A DNA stretch of 29,856 nucleotides from a virus (IMGVR_UViG_3300025862_000015:1-29856), one strand, 5' to 3'; positions 8,748 through 18,125 are shown, counted from the first letter of the stretch. Translations and numbers: made by a program. The notes: generated from the sequence alone by a model not told the origin.

Positions 8748-9263
8748 ATGCTCAATTGCTGGACAGATGGGTCGGTTGTCGGCGGTCACTGGGCCTCCAA
8801 GAGGGGCCCCAAGACGATCCCCCGCAACTATATAGGTTGGCTCGTCCGCCGCCCATCCGGCGAGTACGTTGCTCACCATTCGTTCTACATGGGCGAGGGT
8901 GAACAGCTTACGGGAAACACGGCCGAGCACTTCGCCGTCAATAGCCTCCTGCGCTGGCTCCTCCGTAACGGCCACAACAAGGAGGACGTCGTCGTCCATC
9001 TGGACTCCCAGCTCATTTCTGGGCACCTATCCGGTAGCTACAAGGTACACAACCCACTCCTGGCCAGATACACGGCTTCGACCCAGGAACTGATGGCGAA
9101 GTTCCCATCGGTGAGATTCGAGTGGATCAGGCGCGAATTCAACCAAGTCGCCGACCGCCTCAGCAAGGCGCTGCAGACGAAATTCGGAGGTATGGAGCTG
9201 ACGAGAGAAGAGGTCGAGGTCCTTTGTCTGGAGGCGGACGCAAAAGGGAGTGAAGCCCAGTGA
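8748..9263 (+). CDS. rnhA: Ribonuclease HI family protein
   Basis: WTDGS, NTAEH, HLDSQL and WIRREFNQVADRLS catalytic motifs. Start revised to ATG 8748, after the tRNA. Confidence 0.88.
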   Translation: MLNCWTDGSVVGGHWASKRGPKTIPRNYIGWLVRRPSGEYVAHHSFYMGEGEQLTGNTAEHFAVNSLLRWLLRNGHNKEDVVVHLDSQLISGHLSGSYKVHNPLLARYTASTQELMAKFPSVRFEWIRREFNQVADRLSKALQTKFGGMELTREEVEVLCLEADAKGSEAQ

Positions 9264-9412
9264 ACCATGCCGGCGACCTCCAGCAGCTCGCCTCCGAGAT
9301 CTGCTGCTGCGAATGCGGCTACCACCGGAACGGCGCGCACCATCCAAAGGTGAAGTGCCCGCAGACCGGGCTCTGCGGGACCTGCGGTAACGAGTGGCCT
9401 GTCGAGGCGTAA
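9260..9412 (+). CDS. 50-aa Cys/His-rich microprotein
   Basis: Not in the track. GTGA overlap with the RNase H stop. MNHAGDLQQLASEICCCECGYHRNGAHHPKVKCPQTGLCGTCGNEWPVEA. Stop lies just before motif 1. Confidence 0.55.
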   Translation: MNHAGDLQQLASEICCCECGYHRNGAHHPKVKCPQTGLCGTCGNEWPVEA

Positions 9413-9414
9413 CC

Positions 9415-9425
9415 GTTCGCTATAG
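9415..9425 (+). promoter_or_regulatory. Motif 1 GTTCGCTATAG
   Basis: 7 nt before ATG 9433. Confidence 0.8.
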
Positions 9426-9432
9426 GTAGATC

Positions 9433-9843
9433 ATGAACAAGTTGACCAAGAGAGAAAGAGCGGCCGTAAGCCTGGAGCGCAAGATCGAACGCGCCATCGA
9501 GCGCGGCGAGTTCACGCCCGACTACGGCTACCTGAGTGAGATTGCGTACCCCAGGCACGGCCTCGCCTATCCGGTCCTGATCGGCCCCTGCGGCTGTGCC
9601 ATGGCCGCTGCCGCTACGGTTAACGGGTTCGACGTTGATGTGCATGGCCCCACGCAACAGGAGGAGCTAGTCGCCTACCTGGAGACGGTTGGCATGAGCC
9701 GGGAGGACTCCCTGGCCCTGGAGAACGGCTACGAAGACAACTTCATGGCCAACCAACTCCAGGCCTTGAAGAACCCCTACTACAAGCTCGGACGGCGTCT
9801 CCGCCGATTCCACCACGGATACGATGACCGGGTCGAAACCTAG
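9433..9843 (+). CDS. Hypothetical protein
   Basis: ATG 7 nt after motif 1. 136 aa. Confidence 0.7.
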   Translation: MNKLTKRERAAVSLERKIERAIERGEFTPDYGYLSEIAYPRHGLAYPVLIGPCGCAMAAAATVNGFDVDVHGPTQQEELVAYLETVGMSREDSLALENGYEDNFMANQLQALKNPYYKLGRRLRRFHHGYDDRVET

Positions 9844-10331
9844 GAGAGCGGTCCTATAACGGGGGTGGGGATAATCGGGATCAGAATTATGACCGTTCTG
9901 GTGAAAGCATCCAAGGCCGCAGCGATTCCCACCGCAGCCTGCTCCGCCGACGCCCGCGCCGCAAACTTTCCGAGCCAGGTGGATAGCAGCGCAGTCTGAA
10001 GTAGGGCCGTGCCAGCTACTGCAGTCACGATCCCAGGTGGAGTATCGGTAGTGACTACCGGTGGCAAAAACCAAAACGCAGTAAAGGCCAACGACATCAA
10101 TGAAGCAGTCTGAGGCGGTAGCTGGTAGGGGTTAGAGAAGATCCCGACCAACGCAGTTTCTAGCGTAGCCCGAGAAGGTTCCAGGGACAGGGGGCTGCCG
10201 CCTAGAGGAGAAATAGCGTTGGATCCGTAGTTAGCGTACGCCCTGGCCCAGGCCCGAGCTACGGCGGGCGCTGCCCCGGGGGCTGCCATGATGTTGACGA
10301 TGTCGTGCGTAAGCGGATTCGGGTCGAGCAT
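9840..10331 (-). CDS. Ala/Pro-rich hypothetical protein, possibly virion-associated
   Basis: Last gene of the minus-strand baseplate run. Confidence 0.55.
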   Translation of the reverse strand: MLDPNPLTHDIVNIMAAPGAAPAVARAWARAYANYGSNAISPLGGSPLSLEPSRATLETALVGIFSNPYQLPPQTASLMSLAFTAFWFLPPVVTTDTPPGIVTAVAGTALLQTALLSTWLGKFAARASAEQAAVGIAAALDAFTRTVIILIPIIPTPVIGPLS

Positions 10332-10604
10332 CTACTTACGTGCCCCCGGACATTCGGGCTCGCCGCATTCTTCGCACGGTGAATTCCGCGGCAGAGTCTC
10401 GTCCTGTTTGATCTCCTTGCGGTCCTCCTGGCGAGCCGAGCGCTTGTCGGCCCGGCCCGAGATCCGGTCCTTATTGCGGGCATCGTTGTGAAAACGGCAA
10501 ACCTTCTCTTCGCGCCAGGTCCAGGCTGCGTGGTTCAGCTTCTGTCGGTAGCGGTCGGTCATGCTGCGTCCTGGTATTTGAAGGTGTGGCCTGGAGACTC
10601 TCAT
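10332..10604 (-). CDS. Small basic hypothetical protein with C-terminal CxxC..C
   Basis: Fills the gap between neighbours exactly. ATGA overlap with the spike gene. Confidence 0.5.
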   Translation of the reverse strand: MRVSRPHLQIPGRSMTDRYRQKLNHAAWTWREEKVCRFHNDARNKDRISGRADKRSARQEDRKEIKQDETLPRNSPCEECGEPECPGARK

Positions 10605-11485
10605 TGCGTAAATACGACGGTAGATAGCACAGTGCCTAGCTGAGCCTTGATCACTTCAAGGGCAGGCGCATTCACGGGTGGAGAAGAGAGCCCCACGGCC
10701 GTATAAACCTGAATCTGTTCGATGGCAGAAATGAGGTCTGACATGAGGGACTTCCAATCGTCCCCCTTCGGCACCGGCTGGCCGCCAGTGCCGCCAAGGT
10801 TTACCTCAGGTGCGTTGGCGGTGACGACTTTGTCTCCCGTGACCACGATCTGCGAGTTCTCATGATCTAGCAGGATTGTATTTTTCCCATCGACGTCCGC
10901 TACTTTAACGTTGCCGTTCTTCTGCAGGACGATCGTAGTGCCTACCGCGTCCCGATCGACGCCGTCCGCAAGCGTGGCGTCAGCGTTCGTGGCGCCGCCA
11001 TAGGTGATGAGCAGCTCACCTTGGGCATTGATATTGAATTCCACGCCGTTGAAGACTGCGTCAAAGTGGTGGCCGTCCGCCTCGTCGTCAACGGGGGTAG
11101 CTGCGTCCGGGATCCCGGAGATGATGACGGGGTTTTGGCTTTCGCCGTTAAGGCAGGCGACAATGACCTTCGCCCCTACCCCGGGCTTGACTGGATTCCT
11201 GCGGGCGCTGGTGTCGGCGCGTAGCGTGAACCGAATGAAGTCCGCGAAGCTCCCGAATGAGTCTGCCAAGAAGCAGTGTTCGTACATCTTTGTCACGATC
11301 GTGCCATTGGCTCGGTGTGTGACGAAGACTTGGTACTCGTTCCGTTTTTTTGAGACATTCAAACTGTGCTTTGGGCCAAAGACGGCCTGGATTTCACCAG
11401 GCCGGAGACGAATGTTTGAGAGCCCGTCTCCGTCGTCATCGACGCGGCGAGGGGAGTAAAAACTCGGTATGACGTCGCCGAACAT
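10601..11485 (-). CDS. Baseplate central spike / gpV-gp5-like protein
   Basis: PGVGAKVIVACLNGESQNPVIIS (OB-fold-like), beta-rich middle, C-terminal T.VG.SSPPVN. Start revised to ATG 11485 with AAGGAG RBS. Confidence 0.7.
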   Translation of the reverse strand: MFGDVIPSFYSPRRVDDDGDGLSNIRLRPGEIQAVFGPKHSLNVSKKRNEYQVFVTHRANGTIVTKMYEHCFLADSFGSFADFIRFTLRADTSARRNPVKPGVGAKVIVACLNGESQNPVIISGIPDAATPVDDEADGHHFDAVFNGVEFNINAQGELLITYGGATNADATLADGVDRDAVGTTIVLQKNGNVKVADVDGKNTILLDHENSQIVVTGDKVVTANAPEVNLGGTGGQPVPKGDDWKSLMSDLISAIEQIQVYTAVGLSSPPVNAPALEVIKAQLGTVLSTVVFTQ

Positions 11486-11486
11486 G

Positions 11487-12149
11487 TTATGCGGACTCCT
11501 TGGCGCCCTTGGAAAGGTTCTGAAACGCCCACATGGGTTGAAGGTTCTTGAAGTTGCATGCCTCAAGGACCTGCTCGCGATCCGCCAAGTCGAACAACTT
11601 GAGCGGCTTCTTATGGTCGATGTGCCAGCCCTTGGGGGACCAGTTATCCCAGGTCATGACTTCGCCGGTGATTGGATGCGGGTAGAACTGGGACTCCAGA
11701 TGTGCTTTCAGTTCGGGGACTGAGCAGCCCAAATCGGACACGGCAGAGCCGGCCCTCGACCCGTTCACGACCGCTTGATGAAGCCTGTTTCTAAGGTTCG
11801 TCCTCAACTTATACTGAACGTCCGTCGACTTGCGCCTGTCCCATTCGCTTTCATGAGAGGCGAGATAACGCTTCTTCTTTGCCCGCATTTTGTCCGGATT
11901 CGCCTTCGCCCAAGCGGCATTGTACGCCCGTCGCTGCTCTGGATGACTCGCATTCCACTCTCTAGATAGACGGTTGTGGAGATCTCTGTTGGACTTACGC
12001 CATTCCAAGTTAACCTTATTGACGCAGGCCCTACAGGTGGAGCGCACTAAGTTCGACCCAGCGCGCAGGGGATAGAAGTCCGCCCTGTCCTTGGCCGTTG
12101 TGCACTTGTTACAAACCTTGGGTGCGTCAAAGTCTAGGCGTTGAGACAT
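11487..12149 (-). CDS. HNH homing endonuclease with N-terminal zinc finger
   Basis: CNKC...CRAC and WHIDHKKP...NLQPMWAFQNLSKG. Confidence 0.85.
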   Translation of the reverse strand: MSQRLDFDAPKVCNKCTTAKDRADFYPLRAGSNLVRSTCRACVNKVNLEWRKSNRDLHNRLSREWNASHPEQRRAYNAAWAKANPDKMRAKKKRYLASHESEWDRRKSTDVQYKLRTNLRNRLHQAVVNGSRAGSAVSDLGCSVPELKAHLESQFYPHPITGEVMTWDNWSPKGWHIDHKKPLKLFDLADREQVLEACNFKNLQPMWAFQNLSKGAKESA

Positions 12150-12155
12150 GGCTTC

Positions 12156-14168
12156 CTACAGTCTCGATGGCGAAATCTGCTTCAGGGTGTCGGAATCGCT
12201 CTGCTGCGCGGGGTCCAGGAGGGTCTGGGAGATCTTTGCCGGCTGGGTAGCGTCCGTCGTAGATGATTGTGCGCTGCCGGATCCGCCCGTAGTCCTTTGC
12301 TGCTCCAGACTGAGGCCGGGGTCCGTGGCGCGAAGATCGTCAATCTCGACGCCGGCATATATAGGGAAGTTGCCCTGGTCGGTGCGCATCTCTCCGGGAG
12401 CATCTTTGCGCATGCCGTTAGAGAGCCCGATCGTGGTCGTCCAGGTTTTCTTTCCGGTGGCCAGGTCGATCTGGGCGTGATCGATGACGGACTCGATATG
12501 GTAAATTACGCCCGAAAAATCTACGTTGTCGCCCTCGCAGATGGGGGACTGGATACCATAGCAAACGATGGTCCCGTTCAGCGTCAGGTGGGCTCCGATC
12601 AGCCAGTCGGCGCACAGGTTAATCCACTGGCTGGGAGCGCGCCCGACGGTCTGGTCGACGAAACATTCTACCGTCGAAACGTACGGCCGCATCCCGCTTC
12701 GCATCGCGTCCAGGTGGTCGAACACCGGCGGCGAATTCACGATCTGCTCGGACGCGCTAATGGCGTTGATCTGGTAGCTGCTGGTCCCGTAGACGTGGAC
12801 CATGTTGACGCGGGTCGCGTCGCTGCGCCCGATATCGTACTGTTTGATTATGTTGGCGGGGACTCCCCAGCGTGGCAAATCGAGGAACCGCGTGATCGCC
12901 TGGATGTTCCGGGTGTCATCGCCGGACAGTAGAGGCCCCTCGTCCTTGGGGCCCAACGTGCCAGTCTGCTGGAAGGCGTCGGTGCTAAAGGGGATCTGGC
13001 GGAATATCATCGTCGGAACAATGTTGCCGTCCGGGTTCACCCGCATGCAGGTGTAGATCTCATTGATGACCGGGTTTAAGAATTGCTGGAACACCGTCCA
13101 TAGAGGTTTGTTGGCGAGGTCCGGCAAGAACGGAAGAAAGGTCCCAAGCAGCTCTCCGGCGCTGCAGATGCGGCGGGTTGGCGTGGACTCCGACTTCAGG
13201 TCGGGCACGAACATACCTATGCCCTCTTTGTTGCTGTAGCTCTGGACGCCCATGACCAGCTCCAGCAGGTCCGCGTACGCCATCACATGGCGGCTGGCAT
13301 CGGCCGAGCCCTTGCCCAGCAACCGCCCCGCCATGATGGGTGCCACGTACGCGTACGGCGCAGTCTCCGTAAACTGCGGTTCGGCCGCAACGGTCCTGCC
13401 GCCGGCAGCGTCTATGGCGATGATCCCATCTTCTCCCAGAGGCCCCGGCCCCTCTCCAACGACCAGGTTTAGGATGGCAGGGATGATCTTGTTGATGTTG
13501 TTGGGCTCGATGTTGCTGTCGGCGTCGTACCCGAATAGCTTCTGGACGTCGATGCCGAGACGGGTAAGCCACTGACCAATGTCCTGCTTCAGGACGTCGC
13601 TGCTGGCGAGGCTGTTGTCGTAGAACAGGTTGGAGTCCAGCTCCTCGAAGCCGCCACACTGGAGGTTATAGCTGGTTACGTGCTGGTGCTCGTCCTTGAC
13701 CCCGACCTTACGTAGCGAGGTCACCCTGCCCATGAACTTGAGGCCGCTATTGAAGTCGTTCGCCTGCTGACCGGCCTCGATCTTGGCGACTAGGTTGTCG
13801 AAGTCCGTTTTGTTGTTGACGATCCAAGCAAACGCCCAGTCGCCAGGCAGGACCTCGGCGAGGTAGTTCACGTCGGTACCCTTGAGAGCGGCCGTCAGGC
13901 GCTTGCGGTGGTCCCCCTTCGGCTTCGAGATGGTGATCTGGAACGCGTCGTCGGTGATGACCAACGGCTTCTCGGACCGTAGCAACGCGCCCGCCGACAG
14001 GTTCTTCGAGACCGAACTCATGATCGATCGGTCGAAGCTCAAGGGGGTGCCGAGACGAATCACGGCGATCGCCCAGTACGGGGACGTCGTTATCTCGTAG
14101 ACACCGTCCTCGTTTGGCTGAAAGCCGAAGTCGGCTCCCAAATCGTATGTCGCCCCGCGATCCCCCAT
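12156..14168 (-). CDS. Probable baseplate hub / tail-associated protein
   Basis: 670 aa, between tape measure and spike. C-terminal GTIVCYG...I.EGDNV...YHIESV.H...WTTTIGL pattern typical of hub proteins. Confidence 0.6.
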   Translation of the reverse strand: MGDRGATYDLGADFGFQPNEDGVYEITTSPYWAIAVIRLGTPLSFDRSIMSSVSKNLSAGALLRSEKPLVITDDAFQITISKPKGDHRKRLTAALKGTDVNYLAEVLPGDWAFAWIVNNKTDFDNLVAKIEAGQQANDFNSGLKFMGRVTSLRKVGVKDEHQHVTSYNLQCGGFEELDSNLFYDNSLASSDVLKQDIGQWLTRLGIDVQKLFGYDADSNIEPNNINKIIPAILNLVVGEGPGPLGEDGIIAIDAAGGRTVAAEPQFTETAPYAYVAPIMAGRLLGKGSADASRHVMAYADLLELVMGVQSYSNKEGIGMFVPDLKSESTPTRRICSAGELLGTFLPFLPDLANKPLWTVFQQFLNPVINEIYTCMRVNPDGNIVPTMIFRQIPFSTDAFQQTGTLGPKDEGPLLSGDDTRNIQAITRFLDLPRWGVPANIIKQYDIGRSDATRVNMVHVYGTSSYQINAISASEQIVNSPPVFDHLDAMRSGMRPYVSTVECFVDQTVGRAPSQWINLCADWLIGAHLTLNGTIVCYGIQSPICEGDNVDFSGVIYHIESVIDHAQIDLATGKKTWTTTIGLSNGMRKDAPGEMRTDQGNFPIYAGVEIDDLRATDPGLSLEQQRTTGGSGSAQSSTTDATQPAKISQTLLDPAQQSDSDTLKQISPSRL

Positions 14169-14411
14169 TTACTCGGCCTTCGGCGGGAGCTTTTGGAAGA
14201 TGTACTTACCCTTCACGTTGGCGTGGAAGTAGGTCCCCGGAGATTCGGCCGTAACGAGCCCCTCTGCCACGGCCTTGGGCACCAAAGAGTAGAGGTACGA
14301 TAGAACGCCCCTCTTCGTGACGAACTGGACCTCCATGGCCTCGGTATCCTTGTCGTAACCGACGGCGGCGATCGTCTCCGACTTGTTGTATGGCTCGACG
14401 TAGATCATCAT
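14169..14411 (-). CDS. KTSC-domain protein
   Basis: S.TIAAVGYD.....MEVQF...YLY..VP......L..AESPG.YF..NVKG.Y. Confidence 0.88.
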   Translation of the reverse strand: MMIYVEPYNKSETIAAVGYDKDTEAMEVQFVTKRGVLSYLYSLVPKAVAEGLVTAESPGTYFHANVKGKYIFQKLPPKAE

Positions 14412-14416
14412 GATCT

Positions 14417-14427
14417 CTATAGCGAAC
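14417..14427 (-). promoter_or_regulatory. Motif 1 GTTCGCTATAG
   Basis: 5 and 8 nt before the tandem ATGs of the KTSC gene. Confidence 0.75.
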
Positions 14428-14431
14428 GCCC

Positions 14432-16987
14432 CTACCGGGGCGCGCCTGCCTTTCCGGTCGGAGACATGTCGCGCTTGATCGCGTTGACGAACGCATTCAA
14501 GGCAGCCGAAACCGCCTCGATCGAGCCCTGGACGTCGGCGCCGGGGCCGAGGCCCTTCAGGGCCTTGTTGCGGGCTGAGTCATTGGAGGTGCGCATGGAG
14601 GGGGCCGCCTTGTCGTCGGCGATTTGGTCTGGAGCCTCCTCGGCGAGCTTGTTAGACGTCTGTGCCCCCAACAGCCCCTTGGCGCCGGCACCGACTGCCA
14701 TGGAAGTATTCCGCCGGATGGTGTCGTGGACGCCCTGGCCTTTTCCTCCGGCAAGGATCTTCGACGAAGCCAAGGAGAAGCGGATGGACCCCAGCGCCGC
14801 CGCATTTGTGTCGGCTCCGCCTGCCATGCGGAGGGCCGGGGCCAGGAGCTTGGCGGCGTGCTGGATCTCGTCTGGACTCTTGCCGCGCAAGTATTCGAAG
14901 CTGTTGCCCGAGGCCTTATACTTCGCCAGCTCGTCGCCCGAAGCCCCGCCGATCATCTTGGAACTGATGCGCGAGAACATGCCGCCGGTCTGGAGCGACA
15001 GATATGACGACAGCATCTTGTCCGAGACACCCATCGCCACCATGTCCGACGGGACTCTGCCGGTGCGCTGAAACTCTGCCTTCTGGGCTGGGTCCATGTG
15101 CATCATGGCCCACTTGGCGCTGTAGGGGGCGTCCTTTGCGGCCTTCATCGCGGCTGACGCATTGAGGGCTTGCTGCAGGGGATCGATCGATCCGTTCATC
15201 ATCTTGGTCTGGGCGGCAACGCCCGACCCCATCAGACCGGCCATCCGCATGTCGCCGCCCGAGGTCCCGGTGTAGCCGGCGGCGAGGAGGGTCGCCATGA
15301 CGCCTCCACCCCCTTCCAGGAGCCCCCCGGAGTTCATCATGTTGCCACCGAGGCCCGTTAGCCCAACCGCCGCGCTGGCGTCGGTGCCGCCGCGGCCGAT
15401 CATGCCCTGGATGCCGTACCCGCCCTTGCCACGACCGTTGTTGCCGCGCCCTAGGAACGCGCTGGCGCCGTTCCAGCCACCGCCACCGAACTGAGCCCCC
15501 AACCCCAGGATCTGAGCGACATTTGACAGGCCGCCGGTCTGGGGGCCAAGTACGGACTCGTAGTGGCCCGCCAAACCACGGCCGGCAGAGCCTGAGAGCG
15601 CCGAGAAGGCCCCGGAGAACTCGCCGACATCGCGCATCTGGGCGTCGGCCTTAGACTGGATCCAGCTAGACTGCTCGAAATTTGCCCCTTTTCTCCCGCC
15701 GACACGGATGTTGCCGCCGCCCATGCCCAGGGATCGGAGCATACCGGCGTTGCCAGTCGTCCCCGCAAAGAAGGCGTTGGCTCGCTCCGAGTAAGCCGGG
15801 TCCTCCCGCATCTTGTTCTCGATCATCTTCTGGGCGGTCTGGGACTGGAGCGCGTTCTCGGCGGCCGAGCGACGGAGGAAGTCGTTTTGGGCAGTGATTG
15901 CGTTGCCGACACCGCCCGACGACGTGAGGCCTACGGCGTTCGCCGCGGAGCCCACATACTGCATGCCGAGGCTAGTAATACCACCGAGCCCGCCCGGGAC
16001 CCCCTCGACTACGCGGCGTTCCTTCAGGAGCTTGTTGTACTCAGCGCTGACGACCTTTTGGTAGGCCTGGTCGCTCTGGATGGCTCGGGTCGCATGGACG
16101 AGGGCCATGTTGCCGCCAGCAATCGCCTGGGCGTTGCCACCGTAAATGCCCCCGATGTTGGCTCGGGCATCACTTCTAAACATGTTAGCTTCGATGGCGT
16201 AGTTCAGGTTGCTGATCTGGTTGTCCCTACCCAGATTCATGATCTTGGAGCCCAGCATGACTCCGCCGGCAACGGCGCCGGCAGGGCTGGCCAACGCGGT
16301 CCCGATGCCACCGAGGCCGGCGCCCGACATGGCGGCCCCGAACAACCCGCCTCCGCCTCCAGCGCTCTTCCCTCCGGAAAAGTAGCCCTTGAGTCGCCCC
16401 ATGATGGAGGGCGAGTTCAGCTCTTCCATCTCATCTTGCGCCTTGACGAGCTTCGCTCTGCTAGTTCTAGCGCGGTCGAGCTGGTCGGCCGTCTGGAAGA
16501 ACTGACCCTTGACCGAGCCGAGTCCGGCGTCGACGATGCCGCCGTTGGCGCCGCGCTCCTTCAGCTTGCCGTAGGCGTTGCCGAGGCGGCCGAGCTTGGC
16601 TTCGAGCTTCGAGATTTCGCTGTCGGCAGTGCGGACGTGGTCCTTGATCCCGTCGCTCATTACGCGAAAAGCATCTTTACTGCCGGCGGCCGCGCCCTTG
16701 AATAGCTTCGCCGAGTTCTCGACCGCCCTCGTCAGGCCGTCGGTAAGGCTGCCTGCAGGCCCGCTTGCTCTATTCTGAGCGTTCTGCTGCCCGCTCATCC
16801 CGGGCTGGGAGCCCCTATTCCCTACCGAGGTGCCGCCGAAGAGGCCTCCGGCACCCTTGGTCGAGGCTACGAGACGCTCGACCTCTTCCGCGATCGACTT
16901 TATTGCTCTTTTTGCTTTGTCTACGGAATCCTGATCGAGGCCGATACTGAACTTGATGGATTTGTCGCCAGCGGACGGAGAACTCAC
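14432..16987 (-). CDS. Probable tail tape measure protein
   Basis: 851 aa, Gly/Ala/Ser-rich with a helical N-terminus. Lies between chaperone-like genes and the hub. Confidence 0.6.
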   Translation of the reverse strand: MSSPSAGDKSIKFSIGLDQDSVDKAKRAIKSIAEEVERLVASTKGAGGLFGGTSVGNRGSQPGMSGQQNAQNRASGPAGSLTDGLTRAVENSAKLFKGAAAGSKDAFRVMSDGIKDHVRTADSEISKLEAKLGRLGNAYGKLKERGANGGIVDAGLGSVKGQFFQTADQLDRARTSRAKLVKAQDEMEELNSPSIMGRLKGYFSGGKSAGGGGGLFGAAMSGAGLGGIGTALASPAGAVAGGVMLGSKIMNLGRDNQISNLNYAIEANMFRSDARANIGGIYGGNAQAIAGGNMALVHATRAIQSDQAYQKVVSAEYNKLLKERRVVEGVPGGLGGITSLGMQYVGSAANAVGLTSSGGVGNAITAQNDFLRRSAAENALQSQTAQKMIENKMREDPAYSERANAFFAGTTGNAGMLRSLGMGGGNIRVGGRKGANFEQSSWIQSKADAQMRDVGEFSGAFSALSGSAGRGLAGHYESVLGPQTGGLSNVAQILGLGAQFGGGGWNGASAFLGRGNNGRGKGGYGIQGMIGRGGTDASAAVGLTGLGGNMMNSGGLLEGGGGVMATLLAAGYTGTSGGDMRMAGLMGSGVAAQTKMMNGSIDPLQQALNASAAMKAAKDAPYSAKWAMMHMDPAQKAEFQRTGRVPSDMVAMGVSDKMLSSYLSLQTGGMFSRISSKMIGGASGDELAKYKASGNSFEYLRGKSPDEIQHAAKLLAPALRMAGGADTNAAALGSIRFSLASSKILAGGKGQGVHDTIRRNTSMAVGAGAKGLLGAQTSNKLAEEAPDQIADDKAAPSMRTSNDSARNKALKGLGPGADVQGSIEAVSAALNAFVNAIKRDMSPTGKAGAPR

Positions 16988-17505
16988 GGGTTAATGATTG
17001 GCGCCGGGAAGTTCAGGACCGCGAACTCGCCCCAAGCGGCAAAGGCCGCGCGATCGTAGGCCTTGGCGGCCTCGATCTCGTCCTCGAAGGAGCCGAGGTA
17101 CCGTTTCTTGCCATTGACCGTGATCTCGGCCTGCCACTGGAGATCCCTCTTGTGCCAGTGGACCCCCTTGTAGCCGCTTTTGTTGTTGGCACGGAGCCCC
17201 TGGTGAGCCTGTTGCTGGCTATTGGACGCGGGCCTGAGGTTGCTCCGGAGGTTATTTAGGCCGTTGCCGTCGATATGGTCAGGGGCTCCAACGATGCCCA
17301 TTCTGCGCGCGATGACCTGGTGTAGTTTTACTGTCGTCCATTTGCCTTCTGGCTTACGAACGCCGCGGTGCGCATAAAAGGTCTTGTGGTGCTTACACTT
17401 CTGCGTGCACCAATTGAACGCTGCCAGATCGGCGTCTACGCCGTCGATGTCCCATTCAAGGGCGTGAAGCTGTTTGGCAGGTACAGCAAAAACATTCAGT
17501 CCCAT
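16984..17505 (-). CDS. HNH-AP2 endonuclease; native N-terminus replaced by repeat-derived sequence
   Basis: PDHIDGNGLNNLRSNLR...NKSGYKGVHW...AAKAYD. Similarity to the paralog at 4502 starts exactly after the repeat (17448). Confidence 0.75.
   Translation of the reverse strand: MGLNVFAVPAKQLHALEWDIDGVDADLAAFNWCTQKCKHHKTFYAHRGVRKPEGKWTTVKLHQVIARRMGIVGAPDHIDGNGLNNLRSNLRPASNSQQQAHQGLRANNKSGYKGVHWHKRDLQWQAEITVNGKKRYLGSFEDEIEAAKAYDRAAFAAWGEFAVLNFPAPIINP
16994..17000 (-). promoter_or_regulatory. Motif 2 CAATCAT
   Basis: 6 nt before the tape measure GTG. Confidence 0.5.
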
Positions 17506-17524
17506 TCAAGGGCGTGAAGCTGTT
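17449..17524 (-). CRISPR. Candidate mini-array: two perfect 26-bp repeats and one 24-bp spacer
   Basis: AACAGCTTCACGCCCTTGAATGGGAC (minus strand) at 17499-17524 and 17449-17474. Spacer TGAATGTTTTTGCTGTACCTGCCA. The repeat is certain; CRISPR identity is an inference and no cas genes are in the window. Confidence 0.4.
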
Positions 17525-17534
17525 ACTAATCTGT

Positions 17535-17545
17535 CTATAGCGAAC
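17535..17545 (-). promoter_or_regulatory. Motif 1 GTTCGCTATAG
   Basis: 10 nt upstream of the 26-bp repeat unit. Confidence 0.75.
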
Positions 17546-17546
17546 G

Positions 17547-18125
17547 TCAGCGCCGTGGCGGCTTGGCCGCCCTTGGGGGCGGCAACTCCAGAATGCCTAG
17601 TCCATCGCCTTCAAAGTCGAAGTCGGCGGCGTCGTCACTAAACTTGATCGAAATGGTCTCGGGGAGCTTTTCGAGGTCCTTTATGTCGATCTTTGGGGCT
17701 AGCTCCGCCTCCTTGAGGGTCGACCTGCGCGGCCCCTTGGAGGCTGCCTTTGGCGGCGCTGGCGCGCCCTTGGTCGCCAGGTTCCCATAGGCTCCGGCAG
17801 CTACTGCCGCTGCTAGGGCGCCGAACTCCAGCTCGCCCTGGTCGTCCTTGTCGTCGAGGTTCTTGCGCTCCTCATCTGACAGGGCAGCCTGGCGAACCGC
17901 AGCTTCCAGGTCGTCAGGGTCCAGGGACTCGTAGCGATCCTCCCAATAAGATCGGAGGACGTCTAGAAGGGGGAGAGTTTCTACTACATGGAGCGGAGTC
18001 GCGAACCTGGAACTGTACCAGCGGAAGATCTTGCGCCGGTTGTAGTCGGCGTCGTCGGCCTTGTCGATATGGCGAAGCCAAACGTCCCTGAGGGCGATGA
18101 TCCGGATGGCTTCAGTAGCGTGCAC
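17547..18125 (-). CDS. Hypothetical protein, possibly a second tail assembly chaperone
   Basis: Lies upstream of the tape measure. Helical N-terminal half and low-complexity acidic/Pro tail. Confidence 0.55.
   Translation of the reverse strand: MHATEAIRIIALRDVWLRHIDKADDADYNRRKIFRWYSSRFATPLHVVETLPLLDVLRSYWEDRYESLDPDDLEAAVRQAALSDEERKNLDDKDDQGELEFGALAAAVAAGAYGNLATKGAPAPPKAASKGPRRSTLKEAELAPKIDIKDLEKLPETISIKFSDDAADFDFEGDGLGILELPPPRAAKPPRR

Noticed and set aside
12263-12269. CAATCAT copy inside the hub gene
   Set aside because: Intragenic and about 115 nt from the next start. It could be chance, so it is not listed as a feature.
14466-16705. Long plus-strand ORFs opposite the tape measure gene, and similar ones opposite Dam, hub and helicase
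   Set aside because: Shadow ORFs expected in GC-rich coding DNA.
17399-17424. Possible degenerate third repeat 24 nt after the second (GCAGCGTTCA...)
   Set aside because: Similarity is short and is explained by the conserved coding sequence (AF.W) shared with the paralog.
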